Made by a program: the position numbers and the translations under genes. A stretch of 62,706 nt of DNA, taken from assembly GCA_028711505.1 (NCBI GenBank), contig JAQTSC010000004.1:1-62706 (forward strand). Direction: 5' to 3'. Positions within the stretch are counted from its first letter, which is position 1; every line of letters starts with the position of its first letter. Source of the DNA: Minisyncoccota bacterium (lineage in GTDB: Bacteria > Patescibacteriota > Minisyncoccia > JAHISW01 > Tagabacteraceae). Positions 37,030 through 44,110 of this stretch are shown here, in pieces. The notes beneath the pieces were generated by a model. The model ran no database searches and had not been told where the DNA came from. It saw only the letters and a list, made by a program, of their open reading frames with translations.

Positions 37030-38559
37030 ATGAACTTAACAACGCTATTTGGGGTGGCGCTGGCTTCGGTTGTCGTGGGTGGCGTGATTGGCTATTTTTT
37101 AAGGCATTTAATCGCTCTGCAGAGAAAAAGCTCAATAGAAGTTAAAATCAAGCAGCTCTTGGTTGACGCCAAGGCAAAAGCCCAGGAATCCGTTGAAGAT
37201 GCTTCAAAAAAGGCCGAAACCATTCTTGAAAAAGCAAAAGAAGAAGAGCGGGCAGTCGCTTCGCAGGTAAGAAAACTCGAAGAACGCATCGTTCGCCGGG
37301 AAGAACTTATAGAAAAGAGGCGATCGGAACTGGAAAAAGACGCTCAAAAATTCAAACAAAAAGCCGAAGAAATAAAAGAACTTCAGGAACAGCTGAAGCT
37401 TTTGGATTTTCAGAAGAGACGGGAACTGGAAGTGGTTTCAAAAATGTCCGAAAAAGACGCGAAGGAGGAACTTCTTCAGGAAGTCGAGAAAAAATACAGC
37501 GAAGATATTCTGCTTAGGATTAAGAAATTGGAAATGCTTGGGCAGGAAAAAATGGAAAATAAAGCTCAGGAAATACTGGTTACAGCGATTCAACGGCTGG
37601 CCTCTTCCACTGCTTCGGAAATTACCACAACAGCCGTTACCATTGGTTCTGACGAATTAAAAGGAAAAATAATAGGAAAAGAAGGAAGAAATATCCGCAG
37701 TTTGGAAAGGGCGGCAGGAGTGGAAATAATTGTCGATGATACTCCAGGCTCGGTGGTTATTTCCAGTTTTGATCCGGTCCGCAGGCATGTAGCGAAAATT
37801 GCTCTTGAAAATCTTATCTCGGACGGCAGAATACAGCCGGCGCGCATAGAAGAAATGGTTGCCAAGGCTAAAGTTGAAGTTGAAAAAATGGTGAAAGACA
37901 AAGGAGAGAACGCGGCGTATGAGGTTGGAGTTTTTGATATTGAACCCCGGCTCATCGTGCTTTTGGGGCGACTTTATTTCCGTGTGAGTTATGGCCAAAA
38001 TGTTTTGCAGCATTCCATTGAGACGGCTCATCTCGCGGGAATGATAGCTTCGGAAGTCGGAGCCGATGTCCCTCTCGTAAAAAAAGCCGCGCTTCTGCAC
38101 GACATCGGAAAGGCCGTTGACCATGAGATTCAGGGAACTCATGTTGAAATCGGACGCCGCATCTTGCAAAAATTTAATGTTGACGAAAGAATCGTCCATG
38201 CCATGGAATCACACCACGAAGAATATCCTTATACTTCTTTTGAGGCGGTGATAATTCAGGCGGCTGACGCTATTTCTGCTTCTCGTCCGGGAGCGAGACG
38301 CGACACATTGGAAAATTACCTAAAAAGGCTTGAGGAGCTTGAAAGCATTTCCAATTCTTTTGAAGGGGTTGAAAAATCTTACGCTATTCAGGCGGGTCGT
38401 GAAATAAGGGTTTTCGTGTCTCCTGATAAAATTTCCGACCTTGAAGCCAAAAAATTGGCACGTGACATAGCGCAAAAAATTGAACAGGAAGTAAGATTCC
38501 CGGGAGAAATAAAAGTGCATATTATTCGCGAGACCAGAATAGTGGAATATGCCCGGTGA
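37030..38559 (+). CDS. rny: ribonuclease Y
   Basis: 509 aa with an N-terminal TM, coiled coil, KH domain (GKIIGKEGRNIRSLE) and HD domain (LLHDIGKA). Confidence 0.93.
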   Translation: MNLTTLFGVALASVVVGGVIGYFLRHLIALQRKSSIEVKIKQLLVDAKAKAQESVEDASKKAETILEKAKEEERAVASQVRKLEERIVRREELIEKRRSELEKDAQKFKQKAEEIKELQEQLKLLDFQKRRELEVVSKMSEKDAKEELLQEVEKKYSEDILLRIKKLEMLGQEKMENKAQEILVTAIQRLASSTASEITTTAVTIGSDELKGKIIGKEGRNIRSLERAAGVEIIVDDTPGSVVISSFDPVRRHVAKIALENLISDGRIQPARIEEMVAKAKVEVEKMVKDKGENAAYEVGVFDIEPRLIVLLGRLYFRVSYGQNVLQHSIETAHLAGMIASEVGADVPLVKKAALLHDIGKAVDHEIQGTHVEIGRRILQKFNVDERIVHAMESHHEEYPYTSFEAVIIQAADAISASRPGARRDTLENYLKRLEELESISNSFEGVEKSYAIQAGREIRVFVSPDKISDLEAKKLARDIAQKIEQEVRFPGEIKVHIIRETRIVEYAR

Positions 38560-38664
38560 TGCGCCTGTTGATATCTCTATGGCAAAATAATGGTATTTTG
38601 CCTATAATTCGTGTATATTTTAACGAGGTCGAATTTAATCGATTTTAAGTATTGACACAGAACC

Positions 38665-38937
38665 ATGAACAAAGCATCTATTGTTGAAAACGTTGCCGCC
38701 ATGACCGCCGGAAGCAAAGCGGAAGCCGAAAGAATTGTTGATGGCATTTTTGACAGCATCGTTTCCACATTGAAAAAAGGAGAAGAAGTTTCCATTGCCG
38801 GATTTGGTATTTTTGCCGTAAAAGCAAGAGCTGCTCGTCAGGCAAGAAACCCGAAGACTGGTGAGATGGTCCAAGTAGCGGCTACTAAAGTCCCGAAATT
38901 CAGGGCTTCAAAAGCGCTAAAGGACGCCGTTAAATAG
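38665..38937 (+). CDS. hup: HU family DNA-binding protein
   Basis: 90 aa with the GFGIF.V..RAAR.ARNPKTGE signature. Confidence 0.93.
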   Translation: MNKASIVENVAAMTAGSKAEAERIVDGIFDSIVSTLKKGEEVSIAGFGIFAVKARAARQARNPKTGEMVQVAATKVPKFRASKALKDAVK

Positions 38938-38994
38938 TTTCTCGGCTAATTAAGGGTTTAGCCTTTTTGTAATCACACATCTTCCGGAAAGATG

Positions 38995-39027
38995 AATCCA
39001 GCCCCGACGCAAGGTCGGGGCTGGATT
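38995..39027 (+). terminator. intrinsic terminator of hup
   Basis: AATCCAGCCCCGAC-GCAAG-GTCGGGGCTGGATT followed by GTTTTC. Confidence 0.8.
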
Positions 39028-39048
39028 GTTTTCGGGCGAAAAAAAATT

Positions 39049-39081
39049 CCCCCATCATCTCGCATGGCGGGATGATGGGGG
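39049..39081 (-). terminator. intrinsic terminator of the minus-strand small-gene pair
   Basis: CCCCCATCATC / GATGATGGGGG 11-bp stem followed by a T8 run on the minus strand. Confidence 0.75.
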
Positions 39082-39089
39082 GCTACTGA

Positions 39090-39356
39090 TTATCTGTTCA
39101 AGAGACTGGAAGTAAATTTAGTCAATGCCATTGTTTGGTTTTTCGCGATGCATTCTTTGCAAATATGGCCATTAACATTTCGTTTGCCTGTTCCGTATTC
39201 GTAAATCTCAATAGCATACGCGAAATGTCTTGTTCCTCCTTCTCCCCCGCATCCTTCTCTCTCGCAAATCGCGCATTTTGAAAGATGCTTTGTTTCGTCC
39301 TCACAAAAATCGCAGGTCTGCACTAAAACTTCCCGTAACTCTTTTCTTTCAGCCAT
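39090..39356 (-). CDS. small Cys-rich (zinc-ribbon-like) hypothetical protein
   Basis: 88 aa with CDFC...CAIC...C...CKEC. AAGGAGGG Shine-Dalgarno sequence. Start overlaps the stop of the upstream gene by 8 nt. Confidence 0.6.
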   Translation of the reverse strand: MAERKELREVLVQTCDFCEDETKHLSKCAICEREGCGGEGGTRHFAYAIEIYEYGTGKRNVNGHICKECIAKNQTMALTKFTSSLLNR

Positions 39357-39609
39357 GTCTTAGTCCCTCCTTTAGGCTTGCTTTCCGGATTTTTTCTTTG
39401 GCATAATTTTTGGAAGAAAAAATTTTAAGCATTTCATCTACAATTTCCTGAGCCGTTTCTTTGCTTCCTTCGCAAAAGGCCCATCCACTGTCAATACATG
39501 TTAAATGGCTTAAGTTTTTCTTGATTATACCGGCGATTTTTTTCTTCAGTTTTTTAATACCAGGCGGTTTATTTTTAATCAAAACCTCCTTTTCTCTCAA
39601 TCTTGCCAT
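39349..39609 (-). CDS. small basic hypothetical protein
   Basis: 86 aa with an AAGGAGGG Shine-Dalgarno sequence. Translationally coupled to the Cys-rich ORF. Confidence 0.55.
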   Translation of the reverse strand: MARLREKEVLIKNKPPGIKKLKKKIAGIIKKNLSHLTCIDSGWAFCEGSKETAQEIVDEMLKIFSSKNYAKEKIRKASLKEGLRHG

Positions 39610-39719
39610 ATTGCCCTCCTTTTTTAGAGGTCAAGAATTCAAAATCTGCTTTATTCTTAACATGACAGATTTTTCCGGTCAAACGAGAATTACTTAATTT
39701 TAACTTGCAATTTCCTACA

Positions 39720-39793
39720 TGGTGCGGGATGGGAGAATCGAACTCCCGCCCAGAGTTTGGAAAACTCTTATTCTGCCATTAAACTAATCCCGC
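39720..39793 (-). tRNA. tRNA-Gly (anticodon TCC), CCA encoded
   Basis: GCGGGATTAGTTTAATGGCAGAAT..., anticodon loop TTTCCAA, acceptor 3' ATCCCGC-A-CCA. Confidence 0.9.
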
Positions 39794-39990
39794 GCGTTGT
39801 TTCATGTGAACCCCCCTAGAAGTTCAATGGAATGAACCTTTATTAATTCTTATTTATTTTGACCATGGGGACAAGCTGTGAATAAATATGGAAAAAATCT
39901 GTGTTATCTTATAATACCTTTGTTTATAGTGTCCATTAGAAATGTCCGATATACACAATTTGTTCATTACTTCCTCTTCATTTTCGTTTT

Positions 39991-40168
39991 TCGCAATTGC
40001 TGAACGAAGCGCGAACCTTTTTTGAACAAAATCCTGACTGATTGCCGCGCTTCGCGCGGCAGAAACTGAACGCTCGGGCGGGCAAAAAGGAAGGGGGTTG
40101 GGGGGGGAAGGAATTTTTGCCCGCCCTCGCTTTCCGACTCCGATTTTTCCGCCGCCGCCGAATTTCGT
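39991..40168. repeat. inverted repeat A (left copy, 178 nt)
   Basis: Reverse complement of 41980-42158, checked base by base. The only difference is G8 here versus C9 in the partner. Contains hairpins GCCGCGC-TTC-GCGCGGC and GGGCGGGCAAAAA-(25 nt purine loop)-TTTTTGCCCGCCC. Confidence 0.97.
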
Positions 40169-40197
40169 GCCAACTTAGTTGGCACGCCGCCTATATT

Positions 40198-40626
40198 TCA
40201 ACTCTTGGTATTTCTAATAGAACTTTTCATTCTATAAAATTCCTCTTTGTTTTCCTGGGGCTCGTTTAATGAATTATAGTCAATTAATATTTCTTCTCCT
40301 CCCTTTATATCCTTTGCAGCATAATACCATTTATATTTTTTTTGAAACACATTTGGACTTTCGGAATGATTTATATACCAGCCAATTTCCATGTGTCCAA
40401 AATCATTTGGGCAAAGTAATTTTTCCCCTCGATCAACACAATATCCCCGAAGAATCACCGGAATTTTTTCTTTGCTAACTAAACGAGCTCTATCAACCTC
40501 GTCTTCAATTTGGTTTCCCCAGAGCCTCAAACGTGTGCCTTTTATAATATCATGAATCGTGAAAACACCGATACCATGCTTCGTTGGTTTTAACACAAAT
40601 GAAAATTCGGTAGTTTTATTCTTCAT
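40198..40626 (-). CDS. SET-domain protein (putative protein lysine methyltransferase)
   Basis: 142 aa with HGIGVFT (GxG), YINHSESPN (NHSxxPN) and GEEILIDY (ELxxDY) SET signatures. Confidence 0.75.
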   Translation of the reverse strand: MKNKTTEFSFVLKPTKHGIGVFTIHDIIKGTRLRLWGNQIEDEVDRARLVSKEKIPVILRGYCVDRGEKLLCPNDFGHMEIGWYINHSESPNVFQKKYKWYYAAKDIKGGEEILIDYNSLNEPQENKEEFYRMKSSIRNTKS

Positions 40627-40638
40627 AAGAAATTTTTA

Positions 40639-41613
40639 TTACTTTCTTTTAAATATTCCAAGCTTTGCCTCCTCCTGTTGATGATATTCAAAATAGCTAC
40701 CACCCAATACTTCACCTCGCTTTTCATTTTCTTCTTTTTCTGTGTTATTCGCTTTTTCTAATACAAAATCAAATCCAAGTCGTTCGGCCGTTTCCTTTAT
40801 TTGTTCGATAATTTTTGAATCTTTATACAGCTGGTGTGTTTCCTCGAGAGTTGTTTTTTCGGTATATTCCTCATCATATGCCTCCGGATCCATATTTTTA
40901 ACTCGCTTTTCTTCTGCTATCTCTTCCGATGTCAAATCCGAAACTTTCTTCCAGACAAACTCGTTTTCTTCAAAATCAAATTTCCCCTTCCATTTAGTTG
41001 CTTTATAAATGGAAATAGGATAAATATATGCCGCTCGATCCGTAACTCGCAATATTTCGGGCAATTCTTTTTCTAAAAATGTTTTTAAATCTAGAGAGTG
41101 TTTTGGCACCGAGTCAGAAACAATAGCCACGCTTAATGCCCTATCTTTTAGGGGAAGTTTGGCAAGATCAGCCACTATATACTTTGATTTCGCTTTTTCA
41201 ATCACCGCTTGTATAGTTTCCGTATAATCTATAAATGGATTCTCAAATCCCATATTTCTTTCAAGTTCATTGGGCAATTTTTTTGCAGGATATTTATAAA
41301 TATCATTCAATGGACCTAATTGAAATTTTCTCTTAATAACCCCGCTGTACCGGGTTTGATTGGCTTCGTGCATCAAATCAATCGGAACCACATCGATGCC
41401 TCTTAACTCACCTTCCGCAGGAATTGTGGAAAAACTGGCACCCAAATCGCCAATCGGTTTTCCGGTTTTTTTATAAATCTCAGAAAGATTTTGCCAGCTC
41501 AAATTTAGATGCGGAAAAAGCTCGAAACTGCTGTCATTGCCAAGCCATCTAAATTCTTCTTTGTTTTCTCTCTTTTCTACATATTCCGGTAACTTTTCAT
41601 AAAATTTAGGCAT
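40639..41613 (-). CDS. hypothetical protein, possibly a divergent class I SAM methyltransferase fold with an acidic C-terminal region
   Basis: 324 aa with IGDLGAS (motif I-like), VVPIDL (acidic post-I) and ADLAKLPLKDRALSVAIVSDSV (motif II/III-like). Degenerate, so a weak call. Confidence 0.35.
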   Translation of the reverse strand: MPKFYEKLPEYVEKRENKEEFRWLGNDSSFELFPHLNLSWQNLSEIYKKTGKPIGDLGASFSTIPAEGELRGIDVVPIDLMHEANQTRYSGVIKRKFQLGPLNDIYKYPAKKLPNELERNMGFENPFIDYTETIQAVIEKAKSKYIVADLAKLPLKDRALSVAIVSDSVPKHSLDLKTFLEKELPEILRVTDRAAYIYPISIYKATKWKGKFDFEENEFVWKKVSDLTSEEIAEEKRVKNMDPEAYDEEYTEKTTLEETHQLYKDSKIIEQIKETAERLGFDFVLEKANNTEKEENEKRGEVLGGSYFEYHQQEEAKLGIFKRK

Positions 41614-41617
41614 AAAT

Positions 41618-41824
41618 TTATTTTAACAATTCATCCGCCGAAACTCCAAGAGCCTTAGCTAATTTCTGAATTGTTGCAAGCGTTGGGTTTCTTTTTCCAT
41701 TTTCAATCCCGCTGATATAAGCTCGGTGAACTTCTAATTTGCGAGAGATTGCGCCCTGCGACAATTTTTTAGCGGTTCTAATCCGCTTTAGATTTTGACC
41801 AAGTTTTGTTGATATTTCGACCAT
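41618..41824 (-). CDS. XRE-family helix-turn-helix regulator
   Basis: 68 aa with LKRIRTAKKLSQGAISRKLEVHRAYISGIENGKRNPTLATIQKLAKAL. Confidence 0.85.
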   Translation of the reverse strand: MVEISTKLGQNLKRIRTAKKLSQGAISRKLEVHRAYISGIENGKRNPTLATIQKLAKALGVSADELLK

Positions 41825-41979
41825 AAGATTATTTACATTGTATCTCTTGTTGCATTATTAGGCAATGTTGTATTATAATGATACATATGAATAAGGGGAG
41901 CAAATTTGTTGTGTGCGCACGGGTGGGTGGGGCAAACACAACCCCTTTTTTCTTGGCGGCGCATTTCGCAAAGCGAAAT

Positions 41980-42158
41980 ACGAAATTCGGCGGCGGCGGA
42001 AAAATCGGAGTCGGAAAGCGAGGGCGGGCAAAAATTCCTTCCCCCCCCCAACCCCCTTCCTTTTTGCCCGCCCGAGCGTTCAGTTTCTGCCGCGCGAAGC
42101 GCGGCAATCAGTCAGGATTTTGTTCAAAAAAGGTTCGCGCTTCGTTCAGCAATTGCGA
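41980..42158. repeat. inverted repeat A' (right copy, 179 nt)
   Basis: Reverse complement of 39991-40168 with one extra C in the homopolymer (42041-42049). Confidence 0.97.
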
Positions 42159-42313
42159 CCAACTTAAACTTTTTTCAAATTCAGAAGCGTTTTGTTGCTC
42201 GCTCGCCCCGCCTTCGGCGGGTCTCGCTTCGCAAAAAGCCCTGTATTTCGGAATTAAATCGTAAGGTCGGACAAATTCAAATTCAGTTTTTCGGGAAATC
42301 AAACGGCGGTTCG
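42156..42313. repeat. inverted repeat B' (158 nt), an inverted copy of the recombinase gene 3' end
   Basis: Exact reverse complement of 43836-43993. After a 33-nt indel the repeat resumes for 14 nt (42347-42360 versus 43821-43834). Confidence 0.97.
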
Positions 42314-42466
42314 GAATTGCGAAACAATTCACAAATGAAATTTGTATCCAATTTTTTCCGTTTTTGCCAAAGGCAAAAAGACAAAGCAAGTTTTTTAATC
42401 CCGCGCTTTTGCGCCGTAGGCGCAATTGCCTAAGGTGACAATTATTAACTTAATGAGGTAAACACT

Positions 42467-44110
42467 ATGAAAATAAAATTTTTTCTCTACGCAAGGAAAT
42501 CTACCGAAGATGAAGAAAGACAAGTGATGAGCATTGAAGCACAATTAGCGGAGTTGGCGGAATTTGCCAAGCGGGAAAACATAGAAATTGCCGAAACTTT
42601 TATTGAGAGCAAAAGCGCAAAGAAACCGGGCCGAGAAATTTTTAACGAGATGATGAGCAAGGTTCACGAGAGCAAAGAGCCAATCGGCTTAATTGCGTGG
42701 CACCCCGACCGCTTGGCAAGAAATTCCGTTGACGGCGGACAAATAATTTACAGCATAGACATCGGCAAGATCGTTTCTTTGCGCTTTCCCACTTTTTGGT
42801 TTGAGCCAACTCCGCAAGGTTTGTTTATGCTTCAAGTCGCCTTTGGCCAGTCAAAATATTATTCCGACAATTTGTCGGAAAATGTTAAGCGCGGGATTAG
42901 GCAAAAACTCAGGCGGGGCGAATGGCCGACACTTGCGCCGTTCGGCTATGTGAATAATCCAAAGACGAGAACCATTGAACCCGAACCGACAAAATCAAGG
43001 TGTGTTACCAAAGCGTTTGAGGAATTCGCGCAAGGCCGGCATACTTTAGAATCTTTAGGCCAACGCCTGAGTTTTTGGGGCGTGGTGAGCGGAACCGGAA
43101 AACCACTTTGTAAAGCGACACTCCAACGAATGCTGACAAACAAAGTGTATCTCGGTTTAATCGTTCATAACGGCGAAACTTATGAGGGCGGTTTTCCGGC
43201 AATTGTTTCCCGAGCGACTTTTGAAGCCGTCCAAAAAGTATTAAAACAGCGAGCAAGACCTCGCAAAAGCAAAAAACGGCATAACTTCCCATTTGTCGGA
43301 CTTTTAACTTGTGGCGAGTGTGGTGGAGCCATTACCGCGCAATTTGCCCACGGACACGGAGGAACCTATCGCTATTATCGTTGCACCAAAAAGCTCGGTA
43401 AATGTTCGCAACGATATTTGCGCGAGGACTTGCTCGCTGAACAATTAAAATTACGGCTTCAAAATGTCGCTCTTTGCGACGACTGGGCGGAGAAGATGAA
43501 AACTCAAGTTGATGTTTGGGAAAAAGATAACGCCCAGTCATCGCAATCTTTTGCCCAAAATCTTGAGGAAAAAATCAAAGAAACGGAAACGAAACTTGAT
43601 AAACTGGTCAACGCTTTCTTGGACGGCTCTATTGAAAAAGAAACTTACCTTGTCAAAAAAGACGAACTCATCAAAACAAAAACAGACCTTAACAAAAGAA
43701 AATCTGATTTTGGGCGAAAGGGAAACAATTGGATTGAACCTTTGCGGGAATGGATAAAGACTGCTCACCACGCCGAAAAACTTGCTTTGTCCAATGATTT
43801 TTATGAAATAAAATCATTGGCGGAAAAAATTGGAACGAACCGCCGTTTGATTTCCCGAAAAACTGAATTTGAATTTGTCCGACCTTACGATTTAATTCCG
43901 AAATACAGGGCTTTTTGCGAAGCGAGACCCGCCGAAGGCGGGGCGAGCGAGCAACAAAACGCTTCTGAATTTGAAAAAAGTTTAAGTTGGTCGGGGCGCC
44001 GAGACTTGAACTCGGACTACAACCTCCCAAAGGTCGCGTGCTGCCATTACACTACGCCCCGATTATGGCGCCACCATCATCCAGCTGGCCCGTTTCATAT
44101 GAAACGCTAA
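42467..44110 (+). CDS. large serine recombinase (true C-terminus uncertain; last ~39 codons read through tRNA-Pro)
   Basis: YARKSTEDEERQVMSIEAQ catalytic-Ser N-terminus, recombinase domain, Zn ribbon CGECGG...YYRCTKKLGKC, coiled coil, and a TGAGGT Shine-Dalgarno sequence. The ORF stays open through repeat B and the antisense of tRNA-Pro. Confidence 0.85.
   Translation: MKIKFFLYARKSTEDEERQVMSIEAQLAELAEFAKRENIEIAETFIESKSAKKPGREIFNEMMSKVHESKEPIGLIAWHPDRLARNSVDGGQIIYSIDIGKIVSLRFPTFWFEPTPQGLFMLQVAFGQSKYYSDNLSENVKRGIRQKLRRGEWPTLAPFGYVNNPKTRTIEPEPTKSRCVTKAFEEFAQGRHTLESLGQRLSFWGVVSGTGKPLCKATLQRMLTNKVYLGLIVHNGETYEGGFPAIVSRATFEAVQKVLKQRARPRKSKKRHNFPFVGLLTCGECGGAITAQFAHGHGGTYRYYRCTKKLGKCSQRYLREDLLAEQLKLRLQNVALCDDWAEKMKTQVDVWEKDNAQSSQSFAQNLEEKIKETETKLDKLVNAFLDGSIEKETYLVKKDELIKTKTDLNKRKSDFGRKGNNWIEPLREWIKTAHHAEKLALSNDFYEIKSLAEKIGTNRRLISRKTEFEFVRPYDLIPKYRAFCEARPAEGGASEQQNASEFEKSLSWSGRRDLNSDYNLPKVACCHYTTPRLWRHHHPAGPFHMKR
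43836..43993. repeat. inverted repeat B (158 nt)
   Basis: See B'. Its last 3 nt (TCG) are the discriminator plus the last two acceptor bases of tRNA-Pro (minus strand). Confidence 0.97.
43991..44061 (-). tRNA. tRNA-Pro (anticodon TGG)
   Basis: CGGGGCGTAGTGTAATGGCAGCAC..., anticodon loop TTTGGGA, T-loop TTCAAGT, acceptor 3' CGCCCCG-A. Confidence 0.88.
44091..44106. repeat. 16-bp perfect palindrome CGTTTCATATGAAACG
   Basis: Read directly. Lies between the cobA-like stop and tRNA-Pro. Confidence 0.9.

Larger units (their letters stand above)
39991..43993. mobile_element. putative serine-recombinase element or double invertible region abutting tRNA-Pro
   Basis: Two abutting inverted-repeat-bounded modules, a large serine recombinase, a foreign-looking cargo, GC-rich ends, and a shared TCG core at all three junctions. 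Confidence 0.5.

Noticed and set aside
42422-42429. Palindrome GCAATTGC in front of the recombinase gene, identical to the outer tips of repeats A/A' (39993-40000, 42149-42156), as a possible recombinase site
   Set aside because: One extra occurrence of an 8-mer palindrome in 62 kb is about what chance predicts. It is suggestive only because of its location and needs binding data.
39967-42433. ORFs of 72-175 aa lying in inverted repeats A, A' and B' (e.g. 39967-40185, 40042-40269, 41829-42107, 41906-42433, 42108-42425)
   Set aside because: They are mirror images of each other created by the inverted repeats. Their frames change with the single homopolymer base, they lack start contexts, and they have Arg/Pro/Gly-rich compositions typical of GC-rich non-coding DNA. 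The one informative exception is the B-derived part of 42108-42425, which copies the recombinase 3' end.
43994-44110. Last ~39 codons of the 547-aa recombinase ORF
   Set aside because: This stretch is the antisense of tRNA-Pro plus spacer (…GRRDLNSDYNLPKVACCHYTTP…). It is most likely read-through created by the junction, not a native domain.
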